Shown: in pieces, positions 50,401-57,926 of the stretch
Position numbering within the stretch: position 1 is the first letter of the stretch
Layout: each line of letters starts with the position of its first letter
Assembly: GCA_017407115.1 (NCBI GenBank)
Contig: JAFQXD010000016.1
Location: 30,088-94,087 of the forward strand
Direction: 5' to 3'
Origin: Methanobrevibacter sp.
GTDB lineage: Archaea > Methanobacteriota > Methanobacteria > Methanobacteriales > Methanobacteriaceae
Length of the DNA: 64,000 nt
Made by a program: the position numbers and the translations under genes
The notes under the pieces: generated by a model
What the model was told of the DNA's origin: nothing
Seen by the model: only the letters and a program-made list of their open reading frames with translations
Database searches by the model: none

Positions 50401-51549
50401 GATATTAATATTGCTGATGAGAAACCTGCTGAAGATATAATTGAAGATGACAATACCGGTGAAGAAACCTCTGAAGAGGTTGTATACTTTAAAGGAGCCA
50501 CTGACGTTACCAATCCTTTAAGAAAGAACAATGTTTACTACAGTGAGAATAAAAACAAATCTTTAAGAGATTCAATTAAAGGAATTAAAAAGGATATGCA
50601 GTACATCAACAAGTCTCTAAATGAAATTGAAAATCCAACTCAAATTGATTATGTTTCTGTTGTAGACAGGACAGAGGAATATGACCCTAATGACTACTTG
50701 TCAAGACCAAGTGATGACGATTCTGATAGGATTATTCAAATGGAAGAGGAATTGACATTTGCCGAAAAAGAAGAGCAAAGAATAGAAAATGAACTTGCTG
50801 AAGATTCATTTGAAAGTGAAATCCTTCAAGATGATGATGTTATCATAACAGTTAATGAACTTCATATGCGTGAAGAGCTTAAAGATCAGGCTCTGGAAAA
50901 CATTATCCAAACAGCAAATGAAGATTATAAGGAAATTGAAAAGGAAAGGTTCCAGAATGCCAACAAACTGAAAGCATTTGATGACCAGAAACTTCCAGGC
51001 AAAAGGAAACTGGAAGATGAAATAATTGATTATGTTCAGGCTACAGATATTGGTCTGACTCCTCAAAATGATTTGTATGCCCAACCAATTCCAAAGGTTG
51101 CTCAGTCTGTAAAGAATATCGTTGATATTGAAGGCCCTATCCATGTCAAGGAAATAACCTCAAGAATTAAGGAAAGCTGCAATATCAAAAGGGCAGGATC
51201 AAATCTGAAAAAGACTGTTAAACTAGCTGTTGATGAGGCTGAAAAATCAGGATACATTATTAAAATTGGAGATTTCCTATATGATGCTTCAAATAATAAT
51301 GTGGTAATAAGGAAAAGAAACAAGCCTAATATAGAATTGATTTCTGATGAGGAGATTGCAAAAAGCATAGAACTTGTTCTCATTCACAAGCAAAATGTTT
51401 CAACAGGTCAAATCGCAAAAGAGGCTTCACGCAATTTCGGATTCAAATCCACCTCCAAAAAGACTGCTTCCAGAATAAATGGTGTTTTGGATTTGATGAT
51501 TGCAAACAATCGTGTTAAAATAGTCAATGATTATGTGGAATTGAATTAG
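44431..51549 (+). CDS. Giant DUF4011 / SF1 (Upf1-like) helicase / Vsr-like PD-(D/E)xK nuclease / polyacidic linker / DUF3320 protein
   Basis: It has Walker A (EGPPGTGKSQT, nt ~45371), motif II (VIFDEASQV, ~47272), QLPPT, KWHYRSRHESL, IQGDERDV and LNVLITRAREK. The nuclease-like part is FRVDLAIVD...ITTDGKMY...GWKLYHLWSTDW (~48154-48420). The C-terminal 175 aa are DUF3320-like. Confidence 0.8.
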   Translation: MLNKSSNIIEKEFKNLRRELLDLTLRNQLLNFKSRAKTITIVNQSPINLFQTLVLQNSKMYFVANKKDKKEDKSSVWDHIPFDFSKFSEGDRKLATDLTPKELQKRLYYINNQAKTMLQEQGYNILYLAVGFLEWKDKSKPRQKNKAPLVLIPVAMERKKVGESFNLEWTGEDIQTNISLKAKLLEAGIELPDFEFKRYGEVIDHYIASVRRAVSRMDGWEVNTDVALGFFSFTKFVMYNDLNPEAWADNVDLTKNELIQAIFNPAKNDQEAFREEDIDSQLEYRTMYQVLDADSSQIAAIQDVKAGRNLVVEGPPGTGKSQTIVNLIAELLAEGKSVLFVSEKMAALDVVKDRLTGVGLGKFVLELHSHKTRRKKFLKDLQKATNVRAQEPLNIDQTIRKLETLRRQLDDYSQIIHKPVFAVNLSAFQLYGMKEAADDHFARKGTLMPLVRFENPEEVTLKDLDDMKIALENLAELYQTISKENPWSKCAPKSLLPADLREIEMLINDCLLSLDNFLVERGRVYDIYGIKQPDTLNEFENSLSAFEIIKSQNTELIDGSIIRSGAWNNNNDDAFLLIRELEKYQKYAPALDKFNQSIYQADIDRLIAQLHQISNKRFRLFNNTQHIELVERYYAVPVSGSADDIIRELKQAKAIIKIRKNLEANDALGRKYYGGYWHLNADPNDLKAIARWMHEFTALVRDGTFSQNTIDLMSKDLFDIKPERDLAEYIDAGEEFVRVLSRLRDKLNPRSKLIFKRETGDVPFEAWKEQLYTWRGQLSSLHLWSQYLNTKNALRTSNAKMFVDSIEKRNINKYDIEALVEGNFADSLLNILFVENQELATFVGELHENRIREFKDLDKKILVLNRKRIFHKLNNNIPKIFGGTENPQAKILAGEFTRKSGHMPVRKLLERAGGMIKQIKPCFMMSPLSIAQYLDPTNEELQFDVVIFDEASQVKPEDALGAFMRGKTAVVMGDTQQLPPTSFFDQMSDADSDEEEATSLDMESILHLCKLSFPVKMLKWHYRSRHESLITVSNREFYDNDLLVYPSPSHNDPELGLKFHYNPNTAYHRGASSANPLEAEDVVEEIFNHFEKYGDTKSLGVGTFSVAQKNAILEALEVKRKERPEFEPLFSDNKEERFFVKNLETIQGDERDVILISVGYGYDQDGKMSLNFGPLNQDGGERRLNVLITRAREKCVVFSNFKAYDMKLTANPPYGVKSLKEFLEYAENLTLGNPQGDEYSKEPFEDAIASFLEENGYTVDRQIGCAGFRVDLAIVDDENPGKYILGITTDGKMYSSSKVARDRDRLREQVLTGLGWKLYHLWSTDWYRNRDLGRKKLLENVEKSIKKAREEEKRRSEEEKKLAEKRRLEAEKKMEELRLAREKEEKERAEKEAEVNSEDIGPSDFVEVEKVDDGDVLEKPIDVSEINPEEFFGDDAKADSKDTPADSKSDSQETPSEFVVASEDDDKVVYEETPSEFIVDSEEDEETPLEFSDDNLDDNASGEEVPSDSLKEDDEKSDLDDVPQDDVEPSENIEDIPADDDSKDEVIADNQSDETSNEDMEVWETDEEPDNQDDDKEVWESDEGVSPEDNAEVWEDETDYTDDESDNKSFKEKVKSFFKHEGDETSSKNSLFSSLKFEKDLGENSDLEDEIQNDVSESLNKNIDDDKVDLGSDDDYIYVDHSNDEVIEDIEEPTAPNIEDYVAKDDTDYSIDEEPIDEIQPDDEVKKDNIKKPVFSDRINIKSDEDYQEENIDFDSRNVDDEPAMQDNSDSEIVNDEDKVDLGSDDDYIYVDHTNDEMSEETQNPQEDSEDDDFENKPQEFKVQNQSKRSNFVKSIISEVVSGESRLDPDEIEVVRGEIIEEDIPESKPAPNDENVVEAEIVNGDSFDEEILEKPTPKHDYFEDDEELNIFTDELPDLSHDEYEEIHEEATEVINKAMSEFMNDVFENDDLDIEEDSSFEESIQDRYVDEEIIDDASGEINIDDEIDDSGDINIADEKPAEDIIEDDNTGEETSEEVVYFKGATDVTNPLRKNNVYYSENKNKSLRDSIKGIKKDMQYINKSLNEIENPTQIDYVSVVDRTEEYDPNDYLSRPSDDDSDRIIQMEEELTFAEKEEQRIENELAEDSFESEILQDDDVIITVNELHMREELKDQALENIIQTANEDYKEIEKERFQNANKLKAFDDQKLPGKRKLEDEIIDYVQATDIGLTPQNDLYAQPIPKVAQSVKNIVDIEGPIHVKEITSRIKESCNIKRAGSNLKKTVKLAVDEAEKSGYIIKIGDFLYDASNNNVVIRKRNKPNIELISDEEIAKSIELVLIHKQNVSTGQIAKEASRNFGFKSTSKKTASRINGVLDLMIANNRVKIVNDYVELN
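49426..49484 (+). repeat. Direct repeat copy 1 inside the acidic region (encodes DKVDLGSDDDYIYVDHSNDE)
   Basis: A 49-nt stretch is identical to 49762-49810, and the 59-nt stretch differs by 2 mismatches. Confidence 0.85.
49762..49820 (+). repeat. Direct repeat copy 2 (encodes DKVDLGSDDDYIYVDHTNDE)
   Basis: It lies 336 nt (112 codons) downstream of copy 1, in the same frame. Confidence 0.85.
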
Positions 51550-51558
51550 GTGAGATTT

Positions 51559-53310
51559 ATGTCAACAAAGGTTAAATCTCCTGATAATCTGCCAAATAAG
51601 CCTGGCGTATATATTATGCGTGATGCATCAGACACCATAATCTATATAGGAAAGGCCAAAAATCTTGTAAAAAGGGTTAAATCTTATTTTCGAGAAAAGC
51701 TTGACAGGCCAAAAACCCAAATTTTGATGAGCCATTTCGACAGTCTGGAATATATTGTAACCAATTCCGAAAAGGAAGCTCTTATTTTAGAGGCTACACT
51801 GATTAAAAAGCATCGCCCAAGATATAACGTTCAGCTAAAGGACGATAAAAGATATCCTTATGTAAAGATAACAGATGAGAAGTTTCCACGTCTTCTGATT
51901 ACAAGAAACGTTACCAAGAACGGTATTTATTACGGTCCTTTTACCGATGTGGGATCAGTTAAGCAGACTGTTAAATTTTTAAAATCATTATTTAAAATCA
52001 GGACATGCCGCAATATGGATGGGCCATGCCTTAACTCTCAAATTGATTTGTGCTATGCTCCATGTGATGGAAAAATCACTGAAAAGGAATATTCCGAGAT
52101 AATAAATAAGATTGATTTGTTTTTCCAGGGTAAATATTCCGCTATTGTAAGGAATCTTAAAGATGAAATGATGCAGGCAGCCGAAAATGAGGAATATGAA
52201 AAGGCGGCAGTCATAAGAGACCAGATTGCATCAATAGAAGAAATCATGGAAAAACAGTTTGTAGACCTGGTTGATGATGATTTGGATCAGGATGTAATAG
52301 CCATTGCTCCGGGAGATGATGAGGTCGTTGTCATTATAATGCCTATTAGAAACGGTAAGATTGTGGGCCGTGATGACTTTTTGATGAGCGCCTCCCAGTA
52401 TGATTCATCATCCGAAATCATGTTTGCTTTTATCCAGCAGTACTACGGATACAATCGCCATGTTCCAAAACAGATTCTTTTGGATGAGGACATTGACGAA
52501 AAGCAATTGCTTGAAGAATGGCTGAGCGATTTGAGAGGAAATAAGGTTAGCATCAAGGTTCCTCAAAAGGGCGTCAAATTACGTTTGGTTAAAATGGCCC
52601 GTAAAAATGCTGAAATCATCAAACATCAAAAGAAAAAGATGGAGTCTGCATTGATTGAACTTAAGAAATACCTGAAGCTTGAAAGATTGCCTCATGTCAT
52701 TGAAGGGTATGACATAAGTAACATTTCAGGCAAATTTGCTGTGGGTTCAAAAGTATCGTTTAAGGACGGAAAACCTAACAAAAAGAAGTATAAACATTTC
52801 AGAATGGAAACTCCGGGACCAAACGATTTTGCCATGATGGAGGAATTGCTGACTCGCAGATTGAAAATGGTGGACAGAGACCCCGAACCTGACCTGATAG
52901 TAATTGATGGAGGTAAGGGACAGCTTGGTATGGCATGTGGCGTATTGGAGAAATTGAATCTCACTCATATTCCAATCATCGGGCTTGCAAAGGAATTTGA
53001 AGAGATATTTATTCCAAATTCGTCTCGCCCTATTATAATTCCAAAAAACAATCAGGCACTGCATTTGCTTCAGCAGGTGAGGGATGAATCACATCGCTTT
53101 GCTATAACTTATCATAGAAAACTTCGCAGTAAGGATATATCAGCCTCTTCGCTTGATGATATTGCTGGAATCGGTAAAAAACGAAAGATAAATCTTTTAA
53201 AAGAATTTAAAACAATTGATAATATTAAAAATGCTTCTGTAGAGGAATTAGCTAAAATAGAGGGTATGAATCAAAAAACGGCTGAAAATGTCTATAATTA
53301 TTATCACTAA
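51559..53310 (+). CDS. uvrC: Excinuclease ABC subunit C
   Basis: It has a GIY-YIG N-terminus (PGVYIMRD...IIYIGKAKNL), the UvrB-interaction region (YEKAAVIRDQI), an endonuclease domain and a C-terminal HhH. The SD AGGTGA overlaps the helicase stop. Confidence 0.95.
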   Translation: MSTKVKSPDNLPNKPGVYIMRDASDTIIYIGKAKNLVKRVKSYFREKLDRPKTQILMSHFDSLEYIVTNSEKEALILEATLIKKHRPRYNVQLKDDKRYPYVKITDEKFPRLLITRNVTKNGIYYGPFTDVGSVKQTVKFLKSLFKIRTCRNMDGPCLNSQIDLCYAPCDGKITEKEYSEIINKIDLFFQGKYSAIVRNLKDEMMQAAENEEYEKAAVIRDQIASIEEIMEKQFVDLVDDDLDQDVIAIAPGDDEVVVIIMPIRNGKIVGRDDFLMSASQYDSSSEIMFAFIQQYYGYNRHVPKQILLDEDIDEKQLLEEWLSDLRGNKVSIKVPQKGVKLRLVKMARKNAEIIKHQKKKMESALIELKKYLKLERLPHVIEGYDISNISGKFAVGSKVSFKDGKPNKKKYKHFRMETPGPNDFAMMEELLTRRLKMVDRDPEPDLIVIDGGKGQLGMACGVLEKLNLTHIPIIGLAKEFEEIFIPNSSRPIIIPKNNQALHLLQQVRDESHRFAITYHRKLRSKDISASSLDDIAGIGKKRKINLLKEFKTIDNIKNASVEELAKIEGMNQKTAENVYNYYH

Positions 53311-53410
53311 TCCCTTATCAATTTTTAGAAAAAAATACTAATTTTCCATTAACTTTAAATATAAGAATTTTAAAAAGTTTTTATAAAGAATATAAAAGGA
53401 ATTAAAATTT

Positions 53411-53947
53411 ATGGTTAGATGTCCAAGATGTGGATATGAGAACGCAACCTCATCCACGTATTGTGATAACTGTGGCTACATTCTTTCCACTCAAACTCAA
53501 AACCCAAGTAATTCAAAAAGAAAAAAAGGCTGGAATGTGGGCATAGCTAAAAAGATTGTAATCGTTATGGGTATAATCGTTATCGCATTATTATTGTTTT
53601 CTTTTGTTTATAATAATTCCCAACCTTCTCATAATGATACTTTAAATGTATTTTACGATGATGGAAGTAACCATCAATCTTCTACTTATCCATTCAAAGT
53701 TGTAATCAAATACGACGGTAATTGGTATGCCAAAATGGGAAATCCGGATTACCTTGTAGAAAGATCAAGTTCAGGCACAAAAACATACTCACTGGATTGC
53801 GCTGCCTGGGATGATGTTCAAATCGAAGCTCAAAAATACGGCGGTTCAGGTCAGCTTCAAATTCAACTTTTAAGAAATGGTAAGGTTGTAGCTGAAAACT
53901 CAACTACAGATGGTTCTGATAGTGTTTCATTATATTTTGACAGTTAG
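53411..53947 (+). CDS. Zinc-ribbon membrane protein, unknown function
   Basis: It has an N-terminal CPRCGYEN...CDNCGY motif, one TM helix and an extracytoplasmic beta-rich domain. Confidence 0.55.
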   Translation: MVRCPRCGYENATSSTYCDNCGYILSTQTQNPSNSKRKKGWNVGIAKKIVIVMGIIVIALLLFSFVYNNSQPSHNDTLNVFYDDGSNHQSSTYPFKVVIKYDGNWYAKMGNPDYLVERSSSGTKTYSLDCAAWDDVQIEAQKYGGSGQLQIQLLRNGKVVAENSTTDGSDSVSLYFDS

Positions 53948-54249
53948 ATTTCACTGACTGCCTTTTCCAATAACTCTATTAGCTCTTCTGTTTTGTAGAG
54001 TCTGATTTCTTGCTCATCGTTATCCTTAAATATTTTGATAAATTCAATCATGTCATTGCATAACTGGTCATATTGAATATTTAGGGTGTTGAAGTTAGAC
54101 AGTAGTGCAAATGCTCTTTCCTGGTCTAATTTAGGATTGTCGTTAAGGATTCTTTCCATATTAGCGAAATGTGTTTCAATCATTATTTTTTGTTCTTTTA
54201 AAACATTTAGATATTCTTGGATTTTATTGTCACTAGCCATTTTTATCAC
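53944..54249 (-). CDS. Hypothetical helical protein
   Basis: It is a 101-aa coiled-coil-like protein. Its stop overlaps the convergent gene's stop (TTAG). Confidence 0.45.
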   Translation of the reverse strand: MIKMASDNKIQEYLNVLKEQKIMIETHFANMERILNDNPKLDQERAFALLSNFNTLNIQYDQLCNDMIEFIKIFKDNDEQEIRLYKTEELIELLEKAVSEI

Positions 54250-54324
54250 TTGTTTTTTAATATGTCAATATAAAATATAAATAGTTTCATGAATAATATT
54301 GTATTATTAAAAGGGGCATTAAGA

Positions 54325-56031
54325 ATGATAAAAGTTGAAAATGTAAGTAAAGACTATGAATTGGATGATGGAACTAAGGTCACAGCACTTAAGGATGTCA
54401 GTTTTGAAGTTAAGGAAGGAGAAATCTTAGGAATCATGGGAAAAAGCGGTTCCGGTAAAACTACACTTTTAAGGGCTTTAAGAGGAGTCGAACATATCGA
54501 CAGCGGCAGTATAACTGTTGGTGATGTTACCGTTAAAGCAGGACAATCCCAATTTTATTACAATAATCTTAAAAAGGAAACTGCAATTCATCTTCAAAGG
54601 TCTTTTGGATTATGGCCTGATACAGTACGTGAAAACGTATTGAGAAAATTGTATGCGAGAAACTATTTCGATGAAAGTGACACTAATTTTGAAACTGCCG
54701 AAAGTGAATTCGGTGATGAGGCAGATGAACTTCTGGAATTGGTTTCCTTAACTCATAAAAAAGACCACTATGCATCAGTCTTAAGTGGCGGTGAAAAACA
54801 AAGGCTTATTATGGCCCGTCAACTTGCAAAACAACCTAAAGCTTTACTTCTTGATGAACCTGCCACTATGGCATGCCCTAAAACCAAACAGGAAATATTG
54901 GATGCCGTTAAAAAAATCAATGAAGAATTGAATATTACTGTTATTATTATATCTCACCTGCCCGATGTCCAAAAATACCTTGCAGACAGAGTGATATTAC
55001 TTGAAGACGGAGAAATCACCGATGAAGGAACTCCCGAAGAAATCTGTGACAAGTTCATGGCAGATATGGCACCTATTGTTGATATTCAAAATATCTCCAC
55101 TGATGAAGATGTCATTGAAGCTAAAGACCTTAAAAAACGTTTCTATCTGTTGACAGGTGGTGAAGTTCTTGAAATGGAAGATATAAACTTCAAGGTTCAA
55201 AAAGAAAATATTTTAAGCATCATCGGTCCAAGTGGTGCAGGTAAAACAGTCCTTTTAAGGATGTTGGGAGGACTTGAAGAGCCTGATGACGGGGATGTGT
55301 TGTATTATGTCGATGACGAATGGAGAGATATTGAAATTCCTGGAATCAGCCGTATGAAAATACGCTCCAAATTGGGTTTTATGCATCAGGAGTTTTCACT
55401 TGTCCACTATTCAACCGTTTTAAGCCAGCTTGCTACAAGATTGGGGTATAAAAACCAGGACATTGTTAAGGATGCACAGGAAAGGGCAAGAAAAATAGGC
55501 ATTGGTGAGGAATTGTTGGACTCATTTTATCTTTTAACTGATTTGCCTGAAACCGAGGCAAAACATCGTTTGGAACAAATTGGGCTTGATGCTGAAATTC
55601 TCAATGATTTGTTCCCAAGGTTCCCTGAAACTGCAACCAGAGAAGCTGTAGCAGATATTTTTGAAAACCTTGATTTGGATTTGGACATATTGCCTAGAAA
55701 ATCTTATGAATTGTCTGGCGGTCAGCAGGTCCGTGTAATGCTTGCGTTAATCTTAGTTTCAAGACCTAAATTCCTGCTTTTAGATGAACCTTTCGGTGAT
55801 CTCGACCCGGTTACTTTAAGGGATGTTACCAATTCTCTTAAAAAGATTTCCAAAGAATATGGAATTACCATTGTAATGATTTCACATAATACTGACTTCA
55901 TCAAGGAATTAAGCAACAGGGCACTGTTTATGGATGACGGCAAAATCATTGATGACAGCGAAAACATCGATGAAATTGTCGATAATTTCATTGATTTCTG
56001 CCATGCGGATTATCTGAAGGGTGGTTGCTAG
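54325..56031 (+). CDS. Tandem ABC ATPase, methyl-coenzyme M reductase component A2 (AtwA)-like
   Basis: It has two ATP-binding cassettes (GKSGSGKTT / LSGGEKQR / LLLDEP and GPSGAGKTV / LSGGQQVR / LLLDEP) and no TM domain. Size and organisation fit the A2 family. Confidence 0.55.
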   Translation: MIKVENVSKDYELDDGTKVTALKDVSFEVKEGEILGIMGKSGSGKTTLLRALRGVEHIDSGSITVGDVTVKAGQSQFYYNNLKKETAIHLQRSFGLWPDTVRENVLRKLYARNYFDESDTNFETAESEFGDEADELLELVSLTHKKDHYASVLSGGEKQRLIMARQLAKQPKALLLDEPATMACPKTKQEILDAVKKINEELNITVIIISHLPDVQKYLADRVILLEDGEITDEGTPEEICDKFMADMAPIVDIQNISTDEDVIEAKDLKKRFYLLTGGEVLEMEDINFKVQKENILSIIGPSGAGKTVLLRMLGGLEEPDDGDVLYYVDDEWRDIEIPGISRMKIRSKLGFMHQEFSLVHYSTVLSQLATRLGYKNQDIVKDAQERARKIGIGEELLDSFYLLTDLPETEAKHRLEQIGLDAEILNDLFPRFPETATREAVADIFENLDLDLDILPRKSYELSGGQQVRVMLALILVSRPKFLLLDEPFGDLDPVTLRDVTNSLKKISKEYGITIVMISHNTDFIKELSNRALFMDDGKIIDDSENIDEIVDNFIDFCHADYLKGGC

Positions 56032-56456
56032 TGTTTGATGTGATAATGGTTCCTGTGGACGGTTCAGAATATGGATATAAGGCCGCAGAGGTGGCAATTG
56101 AAATTGCAGAGAAATTTTCATCTAAGATAGCTGCAGTCCATGTCCTTGAGGAATTTTCATTTAACAGCTATGACAGTGAGGAAGATTCAGGTGATGACAT
56201 TCTATCAAGGATTACCCGAAAGGCCAATGAAGTTGGTGTTGAGGTAACTGAACATCTGCTCACTGCAGACCCGTTGAGGGACATGAAATTCATTGTTGAT
56301 CAAACCCGTGCAGATTTGGTTGTAATTCATGCGCACGGCTCCAACAATAATAGATTTGTTTCATTTGAAGAGAATAATGTTTCTGATACTCAGATTGGTT
56401 CAGTTTCCGAAAGGCTCTTGAGGACCTCTGAAGTTCCGGTATTATTAATCAAATGA
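56031..56456 (+). CDS. Universal stress protein family
   Basis: The motifs are IMVPVDGSEYG and the C-terminal GSVSERLLRTSEVPVLLI. The GTG start overlaps the upstream stop. Confidence 0.75.
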   Translation: MFDVIMVPVDGSEYGYKAAEVAIEIAEKFSSKIAAVHVLEEFSFNSYDSEEDSGDDILSRITRKANEVGVEVTEHLLTADPLRDMKFIVDQTRADLVVIHAHGSNNNRFVSFEENNVSDTQIGSVSERLLRTSEVPVLLIK

Positions 56457-56575
56457 TACTAAAAAACTTTTTTTTATCTTTTTTTGCCCCTAAAATTACT
56501 ATTTTTTCCTAAATGTTTAAATATTATAAAAAACTTAGTATTTATAACATAAACTGTTGATATAAGGAGATATTT

Positions 56576-56743
56576 ATGATTGTTAAAGATTGGTGCTCAT
56601 TCTGTGGAGAATGTGCAGGAGTTTGTCCAAGAAATTTAATCCAAGTAAGAGAATACTCATTAGTATTCAATGATGATGACTGTAAAGATTGTGATACATG
56701 CATTAAAGCATGTCCAATTGATGCTTTAGAAAAAGAGGAATGA
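56576..56743 (+). CDS. Small 2x[4Fe-4S]-type ferredoxin (55 aa)
   Basis: The ORF is MIVKDWCSFCGECAGVCPRNL...DDDCKDCDTCIKACPIDALEKEE. AAGGAGA lies 7 nt upstream. The ORF is not in the track and lies 4 nt upstream of the GGR gene. Confidence 0.75.
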   Translation: MIVKDWCSFCGECAGVCPRNLIQVREYSLVFNDDDCKDCDTCIKACPIDALEKEE

Positions 56744-56747
56744 TTAT

Positions 56748-57926
56748 ATGATTGAAACTGATGTAATAGTAGTTGGTTCTGGACCTGCAGGTTCCAGTGC
56801 AGCAAAACATGCTGCTTTAGGTGGAGCAAGAGTAATTTTGATGGATAAAAAGTCCGAAATCGGATCACCGAAAAGATGTGCAGAAGGAGTTTCAATTCAA
56901 GGCCTTGAAAAATTGGGAATTGAACCATCTCCTCGTTGGATTACCAAAAAGATTGAAGGAGTAAGAATCCAGACACCTGACGGAACCGATATCTGGCTAA
57001 CAGAAGATCAGGTAAAAATCCCTGAAGCAGGTTACATTCTTGAAAGAAAAGTGTTCGATAAGCACATGGCAATGGATGCTGCAAGAGCAGGTGCTGAAAT
57101 CAAAATCAAAACTTTGGTAACAGGCATTGATAAGATTGAAAACGGATACATCGTTGAAACCGAGTCCATGGGTAAAAAGCAAGACTACAAATGTAAAATA
57201 TTGATAGCAGCAGACGGTCCTGAAGGCCACGTCGCAAGATGGGCAGGATTAAGGCCTGCAGCAAAACCTAAAGAAATGGAATCAGGCGTACAATACGAAA
57301 TGTGTAATGTGGAATTTGAAAAACCTGGAGTAATTGAATTTTACTTAGGTTCCTGCGCACCGGGCGGTTATGTATGGATTTTCCCTAAAGGGGACGACAT
57401 TGCAAATGTAGGTTTAGCTGTTCTTCCTCACAAAGCAGAAAAAACCGCAAAAGAATACCTGGACGATTTTGTTGCAAAATCACCTTACTTGAAAAATGCG
57501 CAAGCCGTTGAATTGAATGTAGGTGGAGATCCTGTAGGTGGAATGACCAAAAAATTATATGATGACAATATCATGGTTGTTGGAGATGCAGCCGGCCAAG
57601 TTAACCCGTTGACTGGTGGAGGAATCATTTCAGGTATGACTGGTGGAATGTGTGCTGGTCAAGTGGCTGCACAGGCTATCAAAGAGGACTGTTCCAAAAA
57701 ATTCTTAAAATTATATGACAAAATGGCTCATGAAGAATTGGACCATGAAATCAAAAGATACAAAAAAGTACAGGAATACTTGCTTACATTATCTGATGAA
57801 GAATTGGATGAACTTGGTCATGCATTTGAAGGGGAAAGCTTTGATAAAATTTCAACCACTGAAATCGTTAAGAAATTAATTAAGATATCTCCAAAAGCTT
57901 TACTCAAATTAGGTAAGTTCGTATAG
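56748..57926 (+). CDS. Digeranylgeranylglycerophospholipid (geranylgeranyl) reductase
   Basis: It has the FAD motif DVIVVGSGPAGSSAA, KRCAEGVS, and VVGDAAGQVNPLTGGGI. Confidence 0.85.
   Translation: MIETDVIVVGSGPAGSSAAKHAALGGARVILMDKKSEIGSPKRCAEGVSIQGLEKLGIEPSPRWITKKIEGVRIQTPDGTDIWLTEDQVKIPEAGYILERKVFDKHMAMDAARAGAEIKIKTLVTGIDKIENGYIVETESMGKKQDYKCKILIAADGPEGHVARWAGLRPAAKPKEMESGVQYEMCNVEFEKPGVIEFYLGSCAPGGYVWIFPKGDDIANVGLAVLPHKAEKTAKEYLDDFVAKSPYLKNAQAVELNVGGDPVGGMTKKLYDDNIMVVGDAAGQVNPLTGGGIISGMTGGMCAGQVAAQAIKEDCSKKFLKLYDKMAHEELDHEIKRYKKVQEYLLTLSDEELDELGHAFEGESFDKISTTEIVKKLIKISPKALLKLGKFV

Noticed and set aside
53944-53947. 4-nt overlap of convergent stop codons (TTAG) between 53411-53947 (+) and 53944-54249 (-)
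   Set aside because: It is real but unremarkable. Compact convergent gene ends are common in this genome, and no regulatory inference is warranted.
56542-56928. 128-aa minus-strand ORF spanning the ferredoxin and the GGR start
   Set aside because: It is antisense to two motif-supported + strand genes. Its sequence is low-complexity, rich in Gln, Leu and His.
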